The notes: generated by a model from the letters alone, not told the origin. A stretch of 64,000 nucleotides of DNA from Acutalibacteraceae bacterium (GCA_045543035.1 JAZQMA010000055.1:3190-67189); one strand, 5' to 3'; shown: positions 1 through 9,573, numbered from the stretch's first letter. Program-made: numbers and translations.

Positions 1-1030
1 CGGTAACGGAACCGCAAGTAAGGAAAGCGAAATTTTTATTGCAGATACAATAAAAAAATCACCCCGCCCCGTTTCCTATATGGTGGTTAACGAAGCAGGC
101 GCATCTGTTTATTCCGCATCAAAATTAGGTGCAGAGGAATTCCCTGATTTTGACGTTTCAGTCCGTTCTGCAGTTTCAATTGCAAGACGTTTGCAGGACC
201 CTCTTTCAGAGCTTGTTAAGATTGAACCTAAGAGTATCGGGGTTGGTCAGTATCAGCACGATGTTCCCCCTGCAAGACTTGAAGAATCCCTCTCAGGCGT
301 TGTTGAAGACTGCGTAAACGCCGTTGGTGTTGACCTTAACACCGCTTCCGTTTCACTTCTCAAATACATTTCAGGTGTTACAAGCGCAACTGCTAAAAAT
401 ATTGTTGCTTACAGAGAAGAAAACGGTGGTTTTAATGCCCGAACAGACCTTAAGAAAGTTAAGGGTCTCGGACCAAAAGCATTCCAGCAGTGCGCAGGCT
501 TCCTGCGTATTCCCGGTGGTAAAACTCCCCTTGATAACACAGGCGTTCACCCTGAAAGCTATGATGCAGCTAAAAAGCTTCTTGACCTTTTCGGCTATTC
601 ACAAAAGGACGTTGCAGACAAAGGCGCATCAGGTATCAGCGGTAAGGTTCAGGAATACGGTCTTCTGAAAGCCTCCGAAGAATGTGGCGTTGGTACTCCC
701 ACTCTTGTTGATATTATGGGCGAGCTTGAAAAACCCGGTCGCGATATTCGTGATGAACTCCCGAAACCAATGCTACGCACAGATATTATGGATATGAATG
801 ACCTTCGCGAAGGTATGGAATTAACCGGTACTGTAAGAAATGTTATTGACTTCGGCGTATTTGTTGATATTGGCGTTCATCAGGACGGCCTTGTTCACAT
901 TTCTCAGATTTGCGATAAATTCATCAAACACCCCTCCGAAGTTCTCAAGGTTGGCGAGGTAGTAAAAGTAAAAGTCCTCTCCGTTGAACCTCAGAAGAAA
1001 AGAATTTCTCTCACAATGAAAGGAATATAA
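1..1030 (+). CDS. tex: Tex-like transcription accessory protein, C-terminal part (5' end outside window)
   Basis: The frame is open from the window edge (frame 2 reads GNGTASKESE...). It has a helix-hairpin-helix region and a C-terminal S1 domain (GMELTGTVRNVIDFGVFVDIGVHQDGLVHISQ) typical of Tex. Confidence 0.85.
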   Translation, partial: GNGTASKESEIFIADTIKKSPRPVSYMVVNEAGASVYSASKLGAEEFPDFDVSVRSAVSIARRLQDPLSELVKIEPKSIGVGQYQHDVPPARLEESLSGVVEDCVNAVGVDLNTASVSLLKYISGVTSATAKNIVAYREENGGFNARTDLKKVKGLGPKAFQQCAGFLRIPGGKTPLDNTGVHPESYDAAKKLLDLFGYSQKDVADKGASGISGKVQEYGLLKASEECGVGTPTLVDIMGELEKPGRDIRDELPKPMLRTDIMDMNDLREGMELTGTVRNVIDFGVFVDIGVHQDGLVHISQICDKFIKHPSEVLKVGEVVKVKVLSVEPQKKRISLTMKGI

Positions 1031-1032
1031 AA

Positions 1033-1068
1033 AACAGGAACGAGTATTCTTGCTCGTTCCTGTTTTTT
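1033..1068. terminator. Rho-independent terminator, bidirectional shape
   Basis: Perfect 12-bp stem AACAGGAACGAG/CTCGTTCCTGTT, preceded by an A-run and followed by a T-run directly after the tex stop. Confidence 0.8.
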
Positions 1069-1074
1069 AGCTAT

Positions 1075-1212
1075 CAGTCGCCAGTCTCCAGCCCCCAGTT
1101 TCATATCAGATTATTTATTGTTCTATTTTTAATTTCAAATTAAGGTAAAAGTAAATTTACAATAACAAAGTTATTCCCACAATTCTGGCAGCTGGTAGCT
1201 GGCAACTGGCAT
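1075..1212. repeat. Heptamer-armed intergenic element (CAGNNNC x4 opposed by CTGGNAN x4)
   Basis: cagtcgc cagtctc cagcccc cagtttc at 1075-1102. Inverted ctggcag ctggtag ctggcaa ctggcat at 1185-1212. They bracket an AT-rich ~80-bp core. Confidence 0.6.
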
Positions 1213-1243
1213 CTAAAAAGGACTGCCTACGCAGTCCTTTTTC

Positions 1244-2122
1244 TTACATTCCAAGCATTGAAGCCAGCATGCCTTTTTTCTTTTCTTTTTTAGGTTTATA
1301 GAGAGGTGGATTTTCCAATCTCATTCTAGCACTTTTGCTCTTCTGAAGATATTTGATAATCTCACAAACAGGTTCACTCATTGTGTCGCTGAAATGCTCT
1401 TTAGCAACATCAACAAGCTCGGGATTTGCAGCAAGGGAGCAACCGAGAATTGTAACTGCAACTATGCTCTGAGTATCGTTTGTTCCGTCCTCATAAATAT
1501 CGTTAAGAAGCTTGAAAAGCTTTTTCATTTTTGCAGGGTCATTTTCGCGGATTGTTTCAACAACAACTGCATTACCGTGCTTTGTAAAGAAATCCTCAGC
1601 CAAAAACTCGCCATAATCTTCAAGATTCTTTTTATATTCTTCTCTGAGTTCGGGGTAAACAGTTGTAAATCTGCTTCCGAGTGTATTAGCATCGTAAGCA
1701 AGAGCACCGCTTTTTGCCTGGCTTCTTGAAACAGGAGTTGGAGCTTTTTTACCGCTATGAGCAGGTTTATGAGAGAAAAGCTTTTCAAATGTTTCGTTAT
1801 ATTCCTGGCAGATATATTTAATATCTTTTTCGTTGAATGTTTCAAGATCAAGAAGGCTCAATGATGCGCGGGGCATATCATCATCGGGAGTATCATCCTG
1901 TGTTTCCTTTGCGCAGTAAAGAGCTAATTTGCCGTTATCATATTCAATGCGAATTCTTCCTCTTTCACTGCGATACATAATAACGGATTTTCCGTTCACT
2001 TCTTCAACGGGAAGATTGGGAGGGAAAATACCATCGGGGTATTCAGGACGGAAACCATATTCAGTTGTTTTATCGCCTATACCTTTTATAATAAGTTCAA
2101 GGGCATTGTTAAGTTCAAGCAT
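1244..2122 (-). CDS. Conserved hypothetical protein
   Basis: A 292-aa ORF with a hairpin terminator at 1219-1243 just downstream on the minus strand. No motif recognised. Confidence 0.6.
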   Translation of the reverse strand: MLELNNALELIIKGIGDKTTEYGFRPEYPDGIFPPNLPVEEVNGKSVIMYRSERGRIRIEYDNGKLALYCAKETQDDTPDDDMPRASLSLLDLETFNEKDIKYICQEYNETFEKLFSHKPAHSGKKAPTPVSRSQAKSGALAYDANTLGSRFTTVYPELREEYKKNLEDYGEFLAEDFFTKHGNAVVVETIRENDPAKMKKLFKLLNDIYEDGTNDTQSIVAVTILGCSLAANPELVDVAKEHFSDTMSEPVCEIIKYLQKSKSARMRLENPPLYKPKKEKKKGMLASMLGM

Positions 2123-2196
2123 TTATAATACCTCACATTTATAATATACCTATATAATATAGCACATTGTTTCGGGTTTGTCACTACCTATTTTAA

Positions 2197-2447
2197 AAAT
2201 GCAGAATGCAGAATGCAAAATGCAAAATTAAGGGTGCTGCGCACAGCAATTATAAAAAAGTTAAAGAATTTAAGACATTCATTGTCCCGAATCATTTTTC
2301 TGTTATTGTGTTTAGTTGATTTAAAAGTAAGAAAGCTATTGTTTGAATAATTAATATAATGTTTGGAAGCGAAGCTTCCCCGATAATTCTGCATTCTGCA
2401 TTCTGCATTTTGCATTTTGCATTTTGCATTTTGCATTCCTCACTCCT
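2197..2447. repeat. Heptamer-armed intergenic element (AATGCAR arms in inverted orientation)
   Basis: AATGCAG/AATGCAA repeats at 2197-2228. Their reverse complement (ATTCTGC x3, ATTTTGC x4-5) lies at 2386-2447. The core ends with GGAAGCGAAGCTTCCCCGA, as in the 4745-4795 copy. Confidence 0.75.
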
Positions 2448-2455
2448 AACTAAAA

Positions 2456-2482
2456 AACCACCTCAATCGAGGTGGTTTTTTC
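2456..2482. terminator. Bidirectional rho-independent terminator
   Basis: AAAAAACCACCTC-AATC-GAGGTGGTTTTTT hairpin downstream of the minus-strand gene ending at 2501. Confidence 0.75.
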
Positions 2483-2500
2483 TATCTATTGTTCTTGCGA

Positions 2501-3571
2501 TTAAACTGTTTCTTTTTTCTTTCTTGTGAGAACGAACGCTGCAGAAGCTGCTACGCAGATTGTTGCTGCGAGAGCGATACCTACATCGCCTGTTTCTTCG
2601 GAACCCTGTGAAGAACCTTCAGCAGTTGTTTCGAGATTGGGAGCTGTTGTTGCAGGAGCTGTTGTTGCGGGAGCTTTTGTTTCATCATCGCCACCGAAGA
2701 GACCCATAAGGAAATCGATGATTTTATTAAGAAGCTCTTCAAAGAAGCTGAAGTCAATTCCAAGACTATCAAGAACATTCTTGAAGAGGTCTGAAATATC
2801 AACGTTACCGTCAACGAGCTGTTCGATAATATCTGTGATTTCTGCGTTACCGAGCATATTAGCGATAGCATCTGCAAAGTCTGCGAATGTTACGCCGTTG
2901 CCGTTAAGCAAATCTCTGATAAGGTCGAGAAGAACGTTAATATCAGAAGCGGAAGTATCGCCATCTGCAACGTCATCGCTTGAGGGCTCTGTTGTTTCGG
3001 GAATAACATCCTCGGGGAAGAGGAAGTTAACAACTTTATTTTCTACAAGAAGAGTTGATGTAACATCGTTTGCATCGTCGCCATCGTCGGTGCGGAACTC
3101 TTCAACATAAACATTGTAAGATGTTTCTGTTTTTGTTGTATCAATAACGCTGAATGTTATGTAGAAAATATCTCTTGCGCCATTCTTTGAAACACCGCTG
3201 TTTGAAATCCAACCGAAAGAATATTCGTTATCAGTACCGGTTTTGTAACCGTTAACAGCAATACCGTTAAAGAAAGCGTTGAAATTATCGTCTGCATCAT
3301 AAGAACCTGCAAGGTTTGCATCCTTAACAGCGAGAACTGCAGGGTCGAATGAAATGTAGAGGTTAACACCGGTGAGCTTTTTAACAGCAGGAACTGTAAC
3401 CGCAACGGTGAAAGTAGTTTTAGTAACAACATCTGTTCCTGAGTTGTTATTGTTGTATTTGCCCTCCATAACGCGAGTTGCGATACCGGGGTCAACAACT
3501 GCCGAACTCATCGGTGCGATACTGATACAGATGAGCAACGCAGAAAGAAAAATCGCAAGAACTTTTTTCAT
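2501..3571 (-). CDS. Cohesin-like domain surface protein with C-terminal membrane anchor
   Basis: Has a signal peptide and a beta-rich module (VNLYISFDPAVLAV...GWISNSG...FYITFSV) resembling cohesin domains. A Thr/Pro linker (APATTAPATTAP) and a C-terminal TM helix followed by RKKKE complete it. Confidence 0.5.
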   Translation of the reverse strand: MKKVLAIFLSALLICISIAPMSSAVVDPGIATRVMEGKYNNNNSGTDVVTKTTFTVAVTVPAVKKLTGVNLYISFDPAVLAVKDANLAGSYDADDNFNAFFNGIAVNGYKTGTDNEYSFGWISNSGVSKNGARDIFYITFSVIDTTKTETSYNVYVEEFRTDDGDDANDVTSTLLVENKVVNFLFPEDVIPETTEPSSDDVADGDTSASDINVLLDLIRDLLNGNGVTFADFADAIANMLGNAEITDIIEQLVDGNVDISDLFKNVLDSLGIDFSFFEELLNKIIDFLMGLFGGDDETKAPATTAPATTAPNLETTAEGSSQGSEETGDVGIALAATICVAASAAFVLTRKKKETV

Positions 3572-3820
3572 TAATATCTTCCTTTACTTGAAATTGAGGA
3601 AAAATCCTCTGCCACACAAGTGCGCATAGATATAGCATCACTTATAGCCTGCATTGATTATATTACAAATGGCACACAAAGTCAATAGATATTTTCCATT
3701 TATATAAGAAAAAATGCAAGTACTTTTTGCAACCCAAGCACCCGAAAACCCTTGTCCCATCAAGGATTTCCAACCATTCCGTCATTTTATACAAAATAAT
3801 GGGGTGTTTTTGTACAGTAT

Positions 3821-4346
3821 AAAATGCGGAGTGCGGAATGCGGAATGCGGAATTAGCTTCGCACACAACAATAAATCCTCCGCCCTTTTATATTTTTTTC
3901 AGATAATTCTTTTATCAATTGAGGGATATGGAGTGCGGAATTAGCTTCGCACACAACCACAAATCCTCCGCCCTTTTATATTTTTTTCAAATAATTCTTT
4001 TATCAATTGAGGGATATGGAATGCGGAATTAGCTTCGCACACAACCACAAATCCTCCGCCCTTTTATATTTTTTTCAGATAATTCTTTTATCAATTGAGG
4101 GATATGGAATGCGGAATTAGCTTCGCACACAACCACAAATCCTCCTCCCTTATTATATTTTTTCAGATAATTCTTTTATCAATTGAGGGATATGGAATGC
4201 GGAGTGCGGAATTAGCTTCGCACACAACCACAAATCCTCCGCCCTTTTATATTTTTTTCAGATAATTCTTTTATCAATTGAGGGATATGGAATGCGGAGT
4301 GCGGAATTAGCTTCGCACACATCTACAAATCCCCCCACCTTTACAT
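3821..4346. repeat. Tandem array, about 6 copies of an 88-bp unit (one unit is 95 bp)
   Basis: GAGGGATATGG recurs at 3921, 4009, 4097, 4185 and 4280. Every unit contains AATGCGGAATTAGCTTCGCACACAACCACAAATCCTCCGCCCTTTTATATTTTTTTCAGATAATTCTTTTATCAATTGAGGGATATGG. There are no unique spacers. Confidence 0.9.
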
Positions 4347-4347
4347 T

Positions 4348-4704
4348 TTATTTTTTAGATAAATCTTTCTTCGTGGTTTTGGTTATAGCAACTAAAAGAC
4401 TTATAACCTCATCCAAATCTTTATTAAGGCTTTCAAATTCTTGTTCTGTGAGATAATCATTAGCCTTCAAAAGTCTGAGCCAATAATTTGTTTCATTAGC
4501 CTCTTTTAGTGCAATTGTCATTTTCGCATAAAAATCAGATTTAGATTGACCTCTTTCTGCCTCTGAAACATTTGCACCTATGCTTGTCCCCGAACGTAAA
4601 ACCTGTCTTGAAACATCATATTCTTTCTTTTCATTAACCAAATAATCTTTTAATTTAAATATTCTAACCGCAAAATCAAAACTCTTAACTTCGATTACAT
4701 TCAT
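4348..4704 (-). CDS. Four-helix-bundle protein (23S rRNA intervening-sequence protein / Avd-fold family)
   Basis: 118 aa with QVLRSGTSIGANVSEAERGQSKSDFYAKMTIALKEANETNYWLRLL, the hallmark of the PF05635-type family. Confidence 0.85.
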   Translation of the reverse strand: MNVIEVKSFDFAVRIFKLKDYLVNEKKEYDVSRQVLRSGTSIGANVSEAERGQSKSDFYAKMTIALKEANETNYWLRLLKANDYLTEQEFESLNKDLDEVISLLVAITKTTKKDLSKK

Positions 4705-4744
4705 AAAGGAACTTATAACTTCCTTTCACTTTTAACTTTTATAT

Positions 4745-4795
4745 AATGTTCGGAAGCGGAGCTTCCCCGACATTCCGCATTCCGCATTCCGCATT
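4745..4795. repeat. Heptamer repeat arm (ATTCCGC x3-4) with GGAAGCGGAGCTTCCCCGA linker
   Basis: Inverted relative to the AATGCGG heptamers of the 3821-4346 array. It overlaps the stop codon of the 4794..7082 gene. Confidence 0.8.
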
Positions 4796-7082
4796 ATAAC
4801 TCTATATCTTCTATTTTTCCGTTAAACTTCTCAATCGCTCCGAATATTCTCTCTTTTAATTCCGAATTTCGAATTCCGAATTCCGAATTCTCTTTCGCAG
4901 GAAGTAAGAACACACCGATTGAACAGCTCTCTCCTATTTTCTCGGGTATCATTTTAACTGCTCCGCCATTGATTGTTCGCTTTGTGAACTTGCATTTTCT
5001 GTCGCAGTATTCACAAATCCATTCACTATCTTCAAAGGGTAACGGCGGATTTTTAAGAGTAGGCGCTTTAGTTGTCAACGCACCTGTGGGACAAACATTC
5101 ACACAAGCACCGCAGGAAATGCACTTACTATCACCCAAGGGCAAATCAAATGCACTCAAGGGCAATGTTCCGAAGCCTCTGCCGAAAAGACCGAGATTTT
5201 CAGTACCGCTTATTTCCTTACAAGCCCTTACACACTGACCGCAAAGAATACATTTATTGTTATCGCGGACAATAAAAGGATGGCTTTTATCTTTTGCGTA
5301 CTGCCTTGTTTTGCCGAAGATACCCGAAGCGAAAGCATCATAATCTCTTGCATAGGGCAAAAGCTCGCAGGAATAGACCGCAGAGCAACCGCATTCAAGG
5401 CATCTCTCTGCCTCTTTCATAGCCTCTTCTCTTGTAAAAGTGAAAGCCGCCTCGCTGAAATTCTTATTTCTGATATTTGCATCAACAAGCTTTACTTCAG
5501 CTCTGTCAATTTGTGGCATACCCTTTAAAACTTCAGGGTTAAAATTCTTATTCACGGAGTAATCGGGTAATTCGGGCGGAACGCTCACACCCTTGAACCA
5601 GCAGTCAATACTTCTTGCGGCATATTTACCGCCTGCAATTGCTCTGATTGCTATATCAGGACCTTTATTGATAACATCACCTGCGGCAAAAACGCCATCA
5701 ACAGATGTCATAAATGTTGTTTCATCAACGAAAATTGTTGATTTTTTTGTTAATTCAAGGCTATCAATATCACTGCCGACAACCTTCTGTCCGATAGCAG
5801 AAATAACAGAATCACATTCTATAATTTCTGTTGCACCTTCTATTGCAACAGGACTTCTTCTGCCACTTGCATCAGGTTCGCCAAGCTCCATTTTCTGAAC
5901 CTTAAGACCTGTAACCTTACCGTTTTCGCTTATAACCTCAACAGGTGCGCAAAGGAATTTGAACTGTACACCCTCTGCCCTTGCATCACGGATTTCATCA
6001 GGTTCAGCAGGCATTTCATTTTCAGTACGGCGGTAAATAAGATTAACCTCTTCTGCACCAAGTCTTACAGCAGTACGAACTGCATCAATAGCAGTGTTAC
6101 CGCCACCAACAACACAGACCTTTTTACCTAAATCAACCTTTTCACCTTTCGCAACCTTATAAAGCACATCAATGCCACCGAAAACGCCATCTGCATCTTC
6201 ACCGGGACATCTCATAGATGATGCACTCCATGCACCGATTGCAACGAAAACAGCATCAAAATCACCTTTAAGGGACTGAACTGTAAAATCTCTGCCAAGC
6301 CTTTTGTTATAATGGATCTGAACACCCATTTTTTCGATATTTTCAATCTCTTTATCGAGAATATCTTTAGGTAATCTATAAGCAGGAATACCGTAACGAA
6401 GCATTCCGCCACCCTTTTCCTCGCTTTCAAAAATCTCAACCGAATAGCCCTTCATTGCAAGGAAATATGCGCAGGAAAGTCCTGCAGGACCTGCACCGAT
6501 AATTGCAACTGTTTTGCCGTTTTTCTCTTCACAGGGTGGAATATAATCCATAAAGCTATCTGCCGCGAAACGTTTAAGAGCGCAGATAGAAACAGCACCT
6601 TCAAGATGAGCGCGACGGCATTTTTCCTCGCAAGGATGAGGACAAACTCTGCCTATTGAAGCAGGCAACGGGTTATCCTGTTTAATAATTTCAAGTGCTT
6701 TTTTCTCTTCACCGTTGGCAATAAGACCAACATAAGCCTGAATGTCCTGATGAGTAGGGCAAGCCATATAGCAGGGAGCTTTGCAGTCGCCTGCATGGTC
6801 GCTCATAATAACAGAAAGTGTCATTTTTCTGCTTTTTTCAAGCTCAGGAGTGCTTGTTGTAACGCGCATACCCTCGGTAACGGTTGTTGAACAAGCGCGA
6901 AGAGGCTTTCTTATACCCTCAACCTCAACAAGACAAAGTCCGCAACCGCCATAGCTTTCAAGCTCTTTGTTATGGCAAAGGTGGGGAAGATATATTCCGT
7001 TTTCCAAAATATTATCAAGAAGAGTTTTTTCTGTGTCTGCAAGGTATTCTTTGCCGTTGATTATGATTTTAACCGAACTCAT
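4794..7082 (-). CDS. Fusion of NuoG/HydA-N-terminal-like Fe-S domains with a GltD/NfnB-like FAD-NAD(P) oxidoreductase (StnC-like; no H-cluster)
   Basis: N-terminal 2Fe-2S ferredoxin-like fold (IINGKEY...GGCGLCLVEV), GAGPAGLSCAYFLA and VVGGGNTAID dinucleotide motifs, and C-terminal CxxCxxCxxxCP clusters. The hydrogenase L1-L3 motifs are absent. Confidence 0.8.
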   Translation of the reverse strand: MSSVKIIINGKEYLADTEKTLLDNILENGIYLPHLCHNKELESYGGCGLCLVEVEGIRKPLRACSTTVTEGMRVTTSTPELEKSRKMTLSVIMSDHAGDCKAPCYMACPTHQDIQAYVGLIANGEEKKALEIIKQDNPLPASIGRVCPHPCEEKCRRAHLEGAVSICALKRFAADSFMDYIPPCEEKNGKTVAIIGAGPAGLSCAYFLAMKGYSVEIFESEEKGGGMLRYGIPAYRLPKDILDKEIENIEKMGVQIHYNKRLGRDFTVQSLKGDFDAVFVAIGAWSASSMRCPGEDADGVFGGIDVLYKVAKGEKVDLGKKVCVVGGGNTAIDAVRTAVRLGAEEVNLIYRRTENEMPAEPDEIRDARAEGVQFKFLCAPVEVISENGKVTGLKVQKMELGEPDASGRRSPVAIEGATEIIECDSVISAIGQKVVGSDIDSLELTKKSTIFVDETTFMTSVDGVFAAGDVINKGPDIAIRAIAGGKYAARSIDCWFKGVSVPPELPDYSVNKNFNPEVLKGMPQIDRAEVKLVDANIRNKNFSEAAFTFTREEAMKEAERCLECGCSAVYSCELLPYARDYDAFASGIFGKTRQYAKDKSHPFIVRDNNKCILCGQCVRACKEISGTENLGLFGRGFGTLPLSAFDLPLGDSKCISCGACVNVCPTGALTTKAPTLKNPPLPFEDSEWICEYCDRKCKFTKRTINGGAVKMIPEKIGESCSIGVFLLPAKENSEFGIRNSELKERIFGAIEKFNGKIEDIEL

Positions 7083-8836
7083 TCTTCACCCTCCCCTGAA
7101 AGAATTTCTATTGCACCGAATTTGCAATTTTCAATACACTGACCGCAACGAACACAAGCTTCATTATCAATCTTATAAGGCGTTTTAATAACACCGCTTA
7201 TTGCGTTTACGGGGCATTTTTTACTGCAAAGGGAACAACCTTTACATTTTTCTGCAACTATGTTATAGCTTATCAATGCCGAGCATTTTTTTGCAGGGCA
7301 TTTTTTCTCTTTTATATGTGCTTCATATTCCTCGCGGAAATATTTTATGGTAGTTAAAACAGGGTTTGGCGCAGAGTTACCAAGACCGCAGAGCGCACCT
7401 GTTTTAATAGCCTCGCCAAGCTCTACGAGAGTTTCAATATCACTTTCCTGACCCTCGCCTTTTACAATTCTCTGGAGTATTTCGAGCATTCTTGTTGTAC
7501 CGATACGGCAGGGCACACATTTGCCACAGCTTTCTTTACTTGTGAAATCCATAAAGAATTTCGCCATATCAACCATACAGGTTTTCTCGTCCATAACAAT
7601 CATACCGCCCGAGCCCATAATAGCCCCTGTTTTTGCGATATTTTCATAGTCAATGGGAGTGTCAAGAAGTTTTTTCGGAATACAACCACCCGATGGACCG
7701 CCCATCTGAACAGCTTTAATTTCCGCATCGTCTTTAATTCCGCCACAGATACCGAAAACAATTTCATTAATTGTAAGTCCCATAGGAACTTCCACAAGTC
7801 CGCCTCGTTTTACGCGACCTGCAAGAGCAAAAACTTTAGTACCCTTACTGCCCTCTGTTCCCATTTCTGCAAATTTTTCGCCACCGTTTGCGATAATCCA
7901 GCTTACATTTGCAAAGGTTTCAACATTGTTGATATTAGTAGGCTTACCTCGGAAGCCTTTCTGAGCAGGGAATGGTGGTTTTGTTATAGGCATACCTCTG
8001 TTACCACCCAAGGATGCAAGAAGGGCGGTTTCTTCACCGCAAACGAATGCACCTGCACCCATCATAATACGGAAATCAAAGCAGAAGCCACTACCAAAAA
8101 TATTTTCGCCTAAAATACCTTTTTTGCGCATTTCTTCAATAGCAAGCTTAAGCCTTTTAACTGCAAGCGGGTATTCGGCACGAACATAAATAATACCCAT
8201 TTTCGCACCAACTGCAATACCCGAAATCATCATACCCTCAAGAACTCTGTGGGGGTCGCCCTCAAGAACAGCTCTGTCCATAAATGCACCCGGGTCGCCC
8301 TCGTCTGCATTACAGACAATATATTTTTCATCACCTGCAGAGTTTTTCGCAGACTGCCATTTGATATGAGTGGGGAAGCCTGCACCACCTCGACCGCGCA
8401 AGCCTGATTTTTTTATTTCTTCAATTATACCCTCAGAACCCAGCTCCAAAGCCTTTTTAAGAGCCTCATAACCGCCGTTTTCTATGTATGAATCAATGCT
8501 TTCAGGGTCGATTTTACCGCAACCTGAAAGGACAATTCTTTTCTGTCCCTTAAGGAAATTCAATTCTTCCTCTGTAAGTCGGTTTTCCTGCATAAGAGAG
8601 CCATTTTTAGCAGATGTAGCAAGAGCAATCGCGCTCTTTTCATCAAGGCGACCAAACAAAATGCTCTCCCCATCATCAGTTATAACCTCAACAATAGGCT
8701 CTGCAAAGCAAAGTCCGTTGCAACCAACCTTTTCAACTGTGAAATCTGTATTTTCAAAGACACTCTCAAGACCTTTGAGAACATTTTTAGCACCTGAAGC
8801 AATACCACAAGAGCCGTAACCTAAAAGAAATCTCAT
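7079..8836 (-). CDS. NuoF/HydB-like NADH-binding flavoprotein subunit
   Basis: GLRGRGGAGFPT FMN/NADH motif, a SLBB region and C-terminal 2x[4Fe-4S] (CKGCSLCSKKCP, CVRCGQCIENC). A 4-nt overlap with each neighbour suggests translational coupling. Confidence 0.85.
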   Translation of the reverse strand: MRFLLGYGSCGIASGAKNVLKGLESVFENTDFTVEKVGCNGLCFAEPIVEVITDDGESILFGRLDEKSAIALATSAKNGSLMQENRLTEEELNFLKGQKRIVLSGCGKIDPESIDSYIENGGYEALKKALELGSEGIIEEIKKSGLRGRGGAGFPTHIKWQSAKNSAGDEKYIVCNADEGDPGAFMDRAVLEGDPHRVLEGMMISGIAVGAKMGIIYVRAEYPLAVKRLKLAIEEMRKKGILGENIFGSGFCFDFRIMMGAGAFVCGEETALLASLGGNRGMPITKPPFPAQKGFRGKPTNINNVETFANVSWIIANGGEKFAEMGTEGSKGTKVFALAGRVKRGGLVEVPMGLTINEIVFGICGGIKDDAEIKAVQMGGPSGGCIPKKLLDTPIDYENIAKTGAIMGSGGMIVMDEKTCMVDMAKFFMDFTSKESCGKCVPCRIGTTRMLEILQRIVKGEGQESDIETLVELGEAIKTGALCGLGNSAPNPVLTTIKYFREEYEAHIKEKKCPAKKCSALISYNIVAEKCKGCSLCSKKCPVNAISGVIKTPYKIDNEACVRCGQCIENCKFGAIEILSGEGEE

Positions 8837-9348
8837 TTGCCTTCTGCCTCCCTTATAGAATTGATAATATCAGTTACCATATCGGGAGTAAGCTTTCCGT
8901 AAGCGGTATCGTTAATCATCATAGCAGGAGAAATACTGCAACAACCAAGGCAGGCAACCTCTTCCCATGAGAAGAGTCCGTCCTCGGTTACATCCCCTGC
9001 CTCAATGCCTAAAACACGTTTCACCGTGTCACCAACGCGCTCTGCACCGTTAACGTGACAAGCAGTACCCATACAGACCATTATTCTGTATTTACCAACG
9101 GGTTTAAGGCGAAAGCCTGCATAGAATGAGGCAACGCCCATAATTCTTGCAGAGGGTATTCCGCTTTTTTCTGTTATGTATTCAACGCTTTCTCTTGAAA
9201 TATAGCCATCAATCCCCTGAACATCCTGCAAAACTGCAATAAGACTTTCTTCAGGATTTTCATACTTTTCAAGTATCTCGTCAATTTGGCTCTTTTCAAT
9301 AGCCACAAAACCATCTCTTTTCACTGTGTTTGAAATAAAAATAATCAC
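8833..9348 (-). CDS. NuoE/HydC-like thioredoxin-fold [2Fe-2S] subunit
   Basis: CMGTACHVNG ... CLGCCS cysteine pattern. The start codon is uncertain (GTG at 9348 or GTG at 9306). Confidence 0.8.
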   Translation of the reverse strand: MIIFISNTVKRDGFVAIEKSQIDEILEKYENPEESLIAVLQDVQGIDGYISRESVEYITEKSGIPSARIMGVASFYAGFRLKPVGKYRIMVCMGTACHVNGAERVGDTVKRVLGIEAGDVTEDGLFSWEEVACLGCCSISPAMMINDTAYGKLTPDMVTDIINSIREAEGK

Positions 9349-9403
9349 TTTTCATTTTACTATATTAGTTTAAATCTTTCAATAGAAAATTTTATAAAAT
9401 GAA

Positions 9404-9540
9404 AAGTGCAAAACGCGAAACGCAAAGTGTCGGGTCTGCGACGCTATTATAAACGTAGGGAACGGATTTATCCGTTCCGCAAGAATATATGTAACCTGAT
9501 GCGGTACGCATAAATGCGTACCCTACTTTTGCATTTTCCA
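9404..9540. repeat. Composite repeat: heptamers, TCGGGTCTGCGACGC linker and double-hairpin element (9455-9526)
   Basis: gcaaaac gcgaaac gcaaagt, then TCGGGTCTGCGACGC, then GTAGGGAACGGATTTATCCGTTCCGC...GCGGTACGCATAAATGCGTACCCTAC, then ttttgcatttt. Confidence 0.8.
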
Positions 9541-9573
9541 TTATTATGTGTTAATATAGTTTTAGGTGATGAT

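Noticed and set aside
2188-2436. 82-aa track ORF MQNAKCKMQNAECRMQN..., and similar ORFs at 3663-3944 and 11859-12219
   Set aside because: They are translations of heptamer repeat arms and AT-rich repeat cores. They have no Shine-Dalgarno or coding-like composition.
3821-4346. Possible CRISPR array because of the regularly spaced repeats
   Set aside because: The whole 88-bp unit is repeated, including the parts that would have to be spacers. There are no unique spacers, no leader and no cas genes, so it is a plain tandem duplication.
4348-4704. The four-helix-bundle protein as the Avd accessory gene of a diversity-generating retroelement
   Set aside because: The window has no reverse transcriptase and no template/variable repeat pair with adenine-specific differences. 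The surrounding repeats are whole-unit duplications.
4794-7082. [FeFe]-hydrogenase catalytic subunit HydA, given the HydB/HydC-like neighbours and the hydEFG genes nearby
   Set aside because: No H-cluster motifs (TSCCP, MPCxxK, ExMxCxxGC) are present. The central domain is a GltD/NfnB-like FAD-NAD(P) oxidoreductase.
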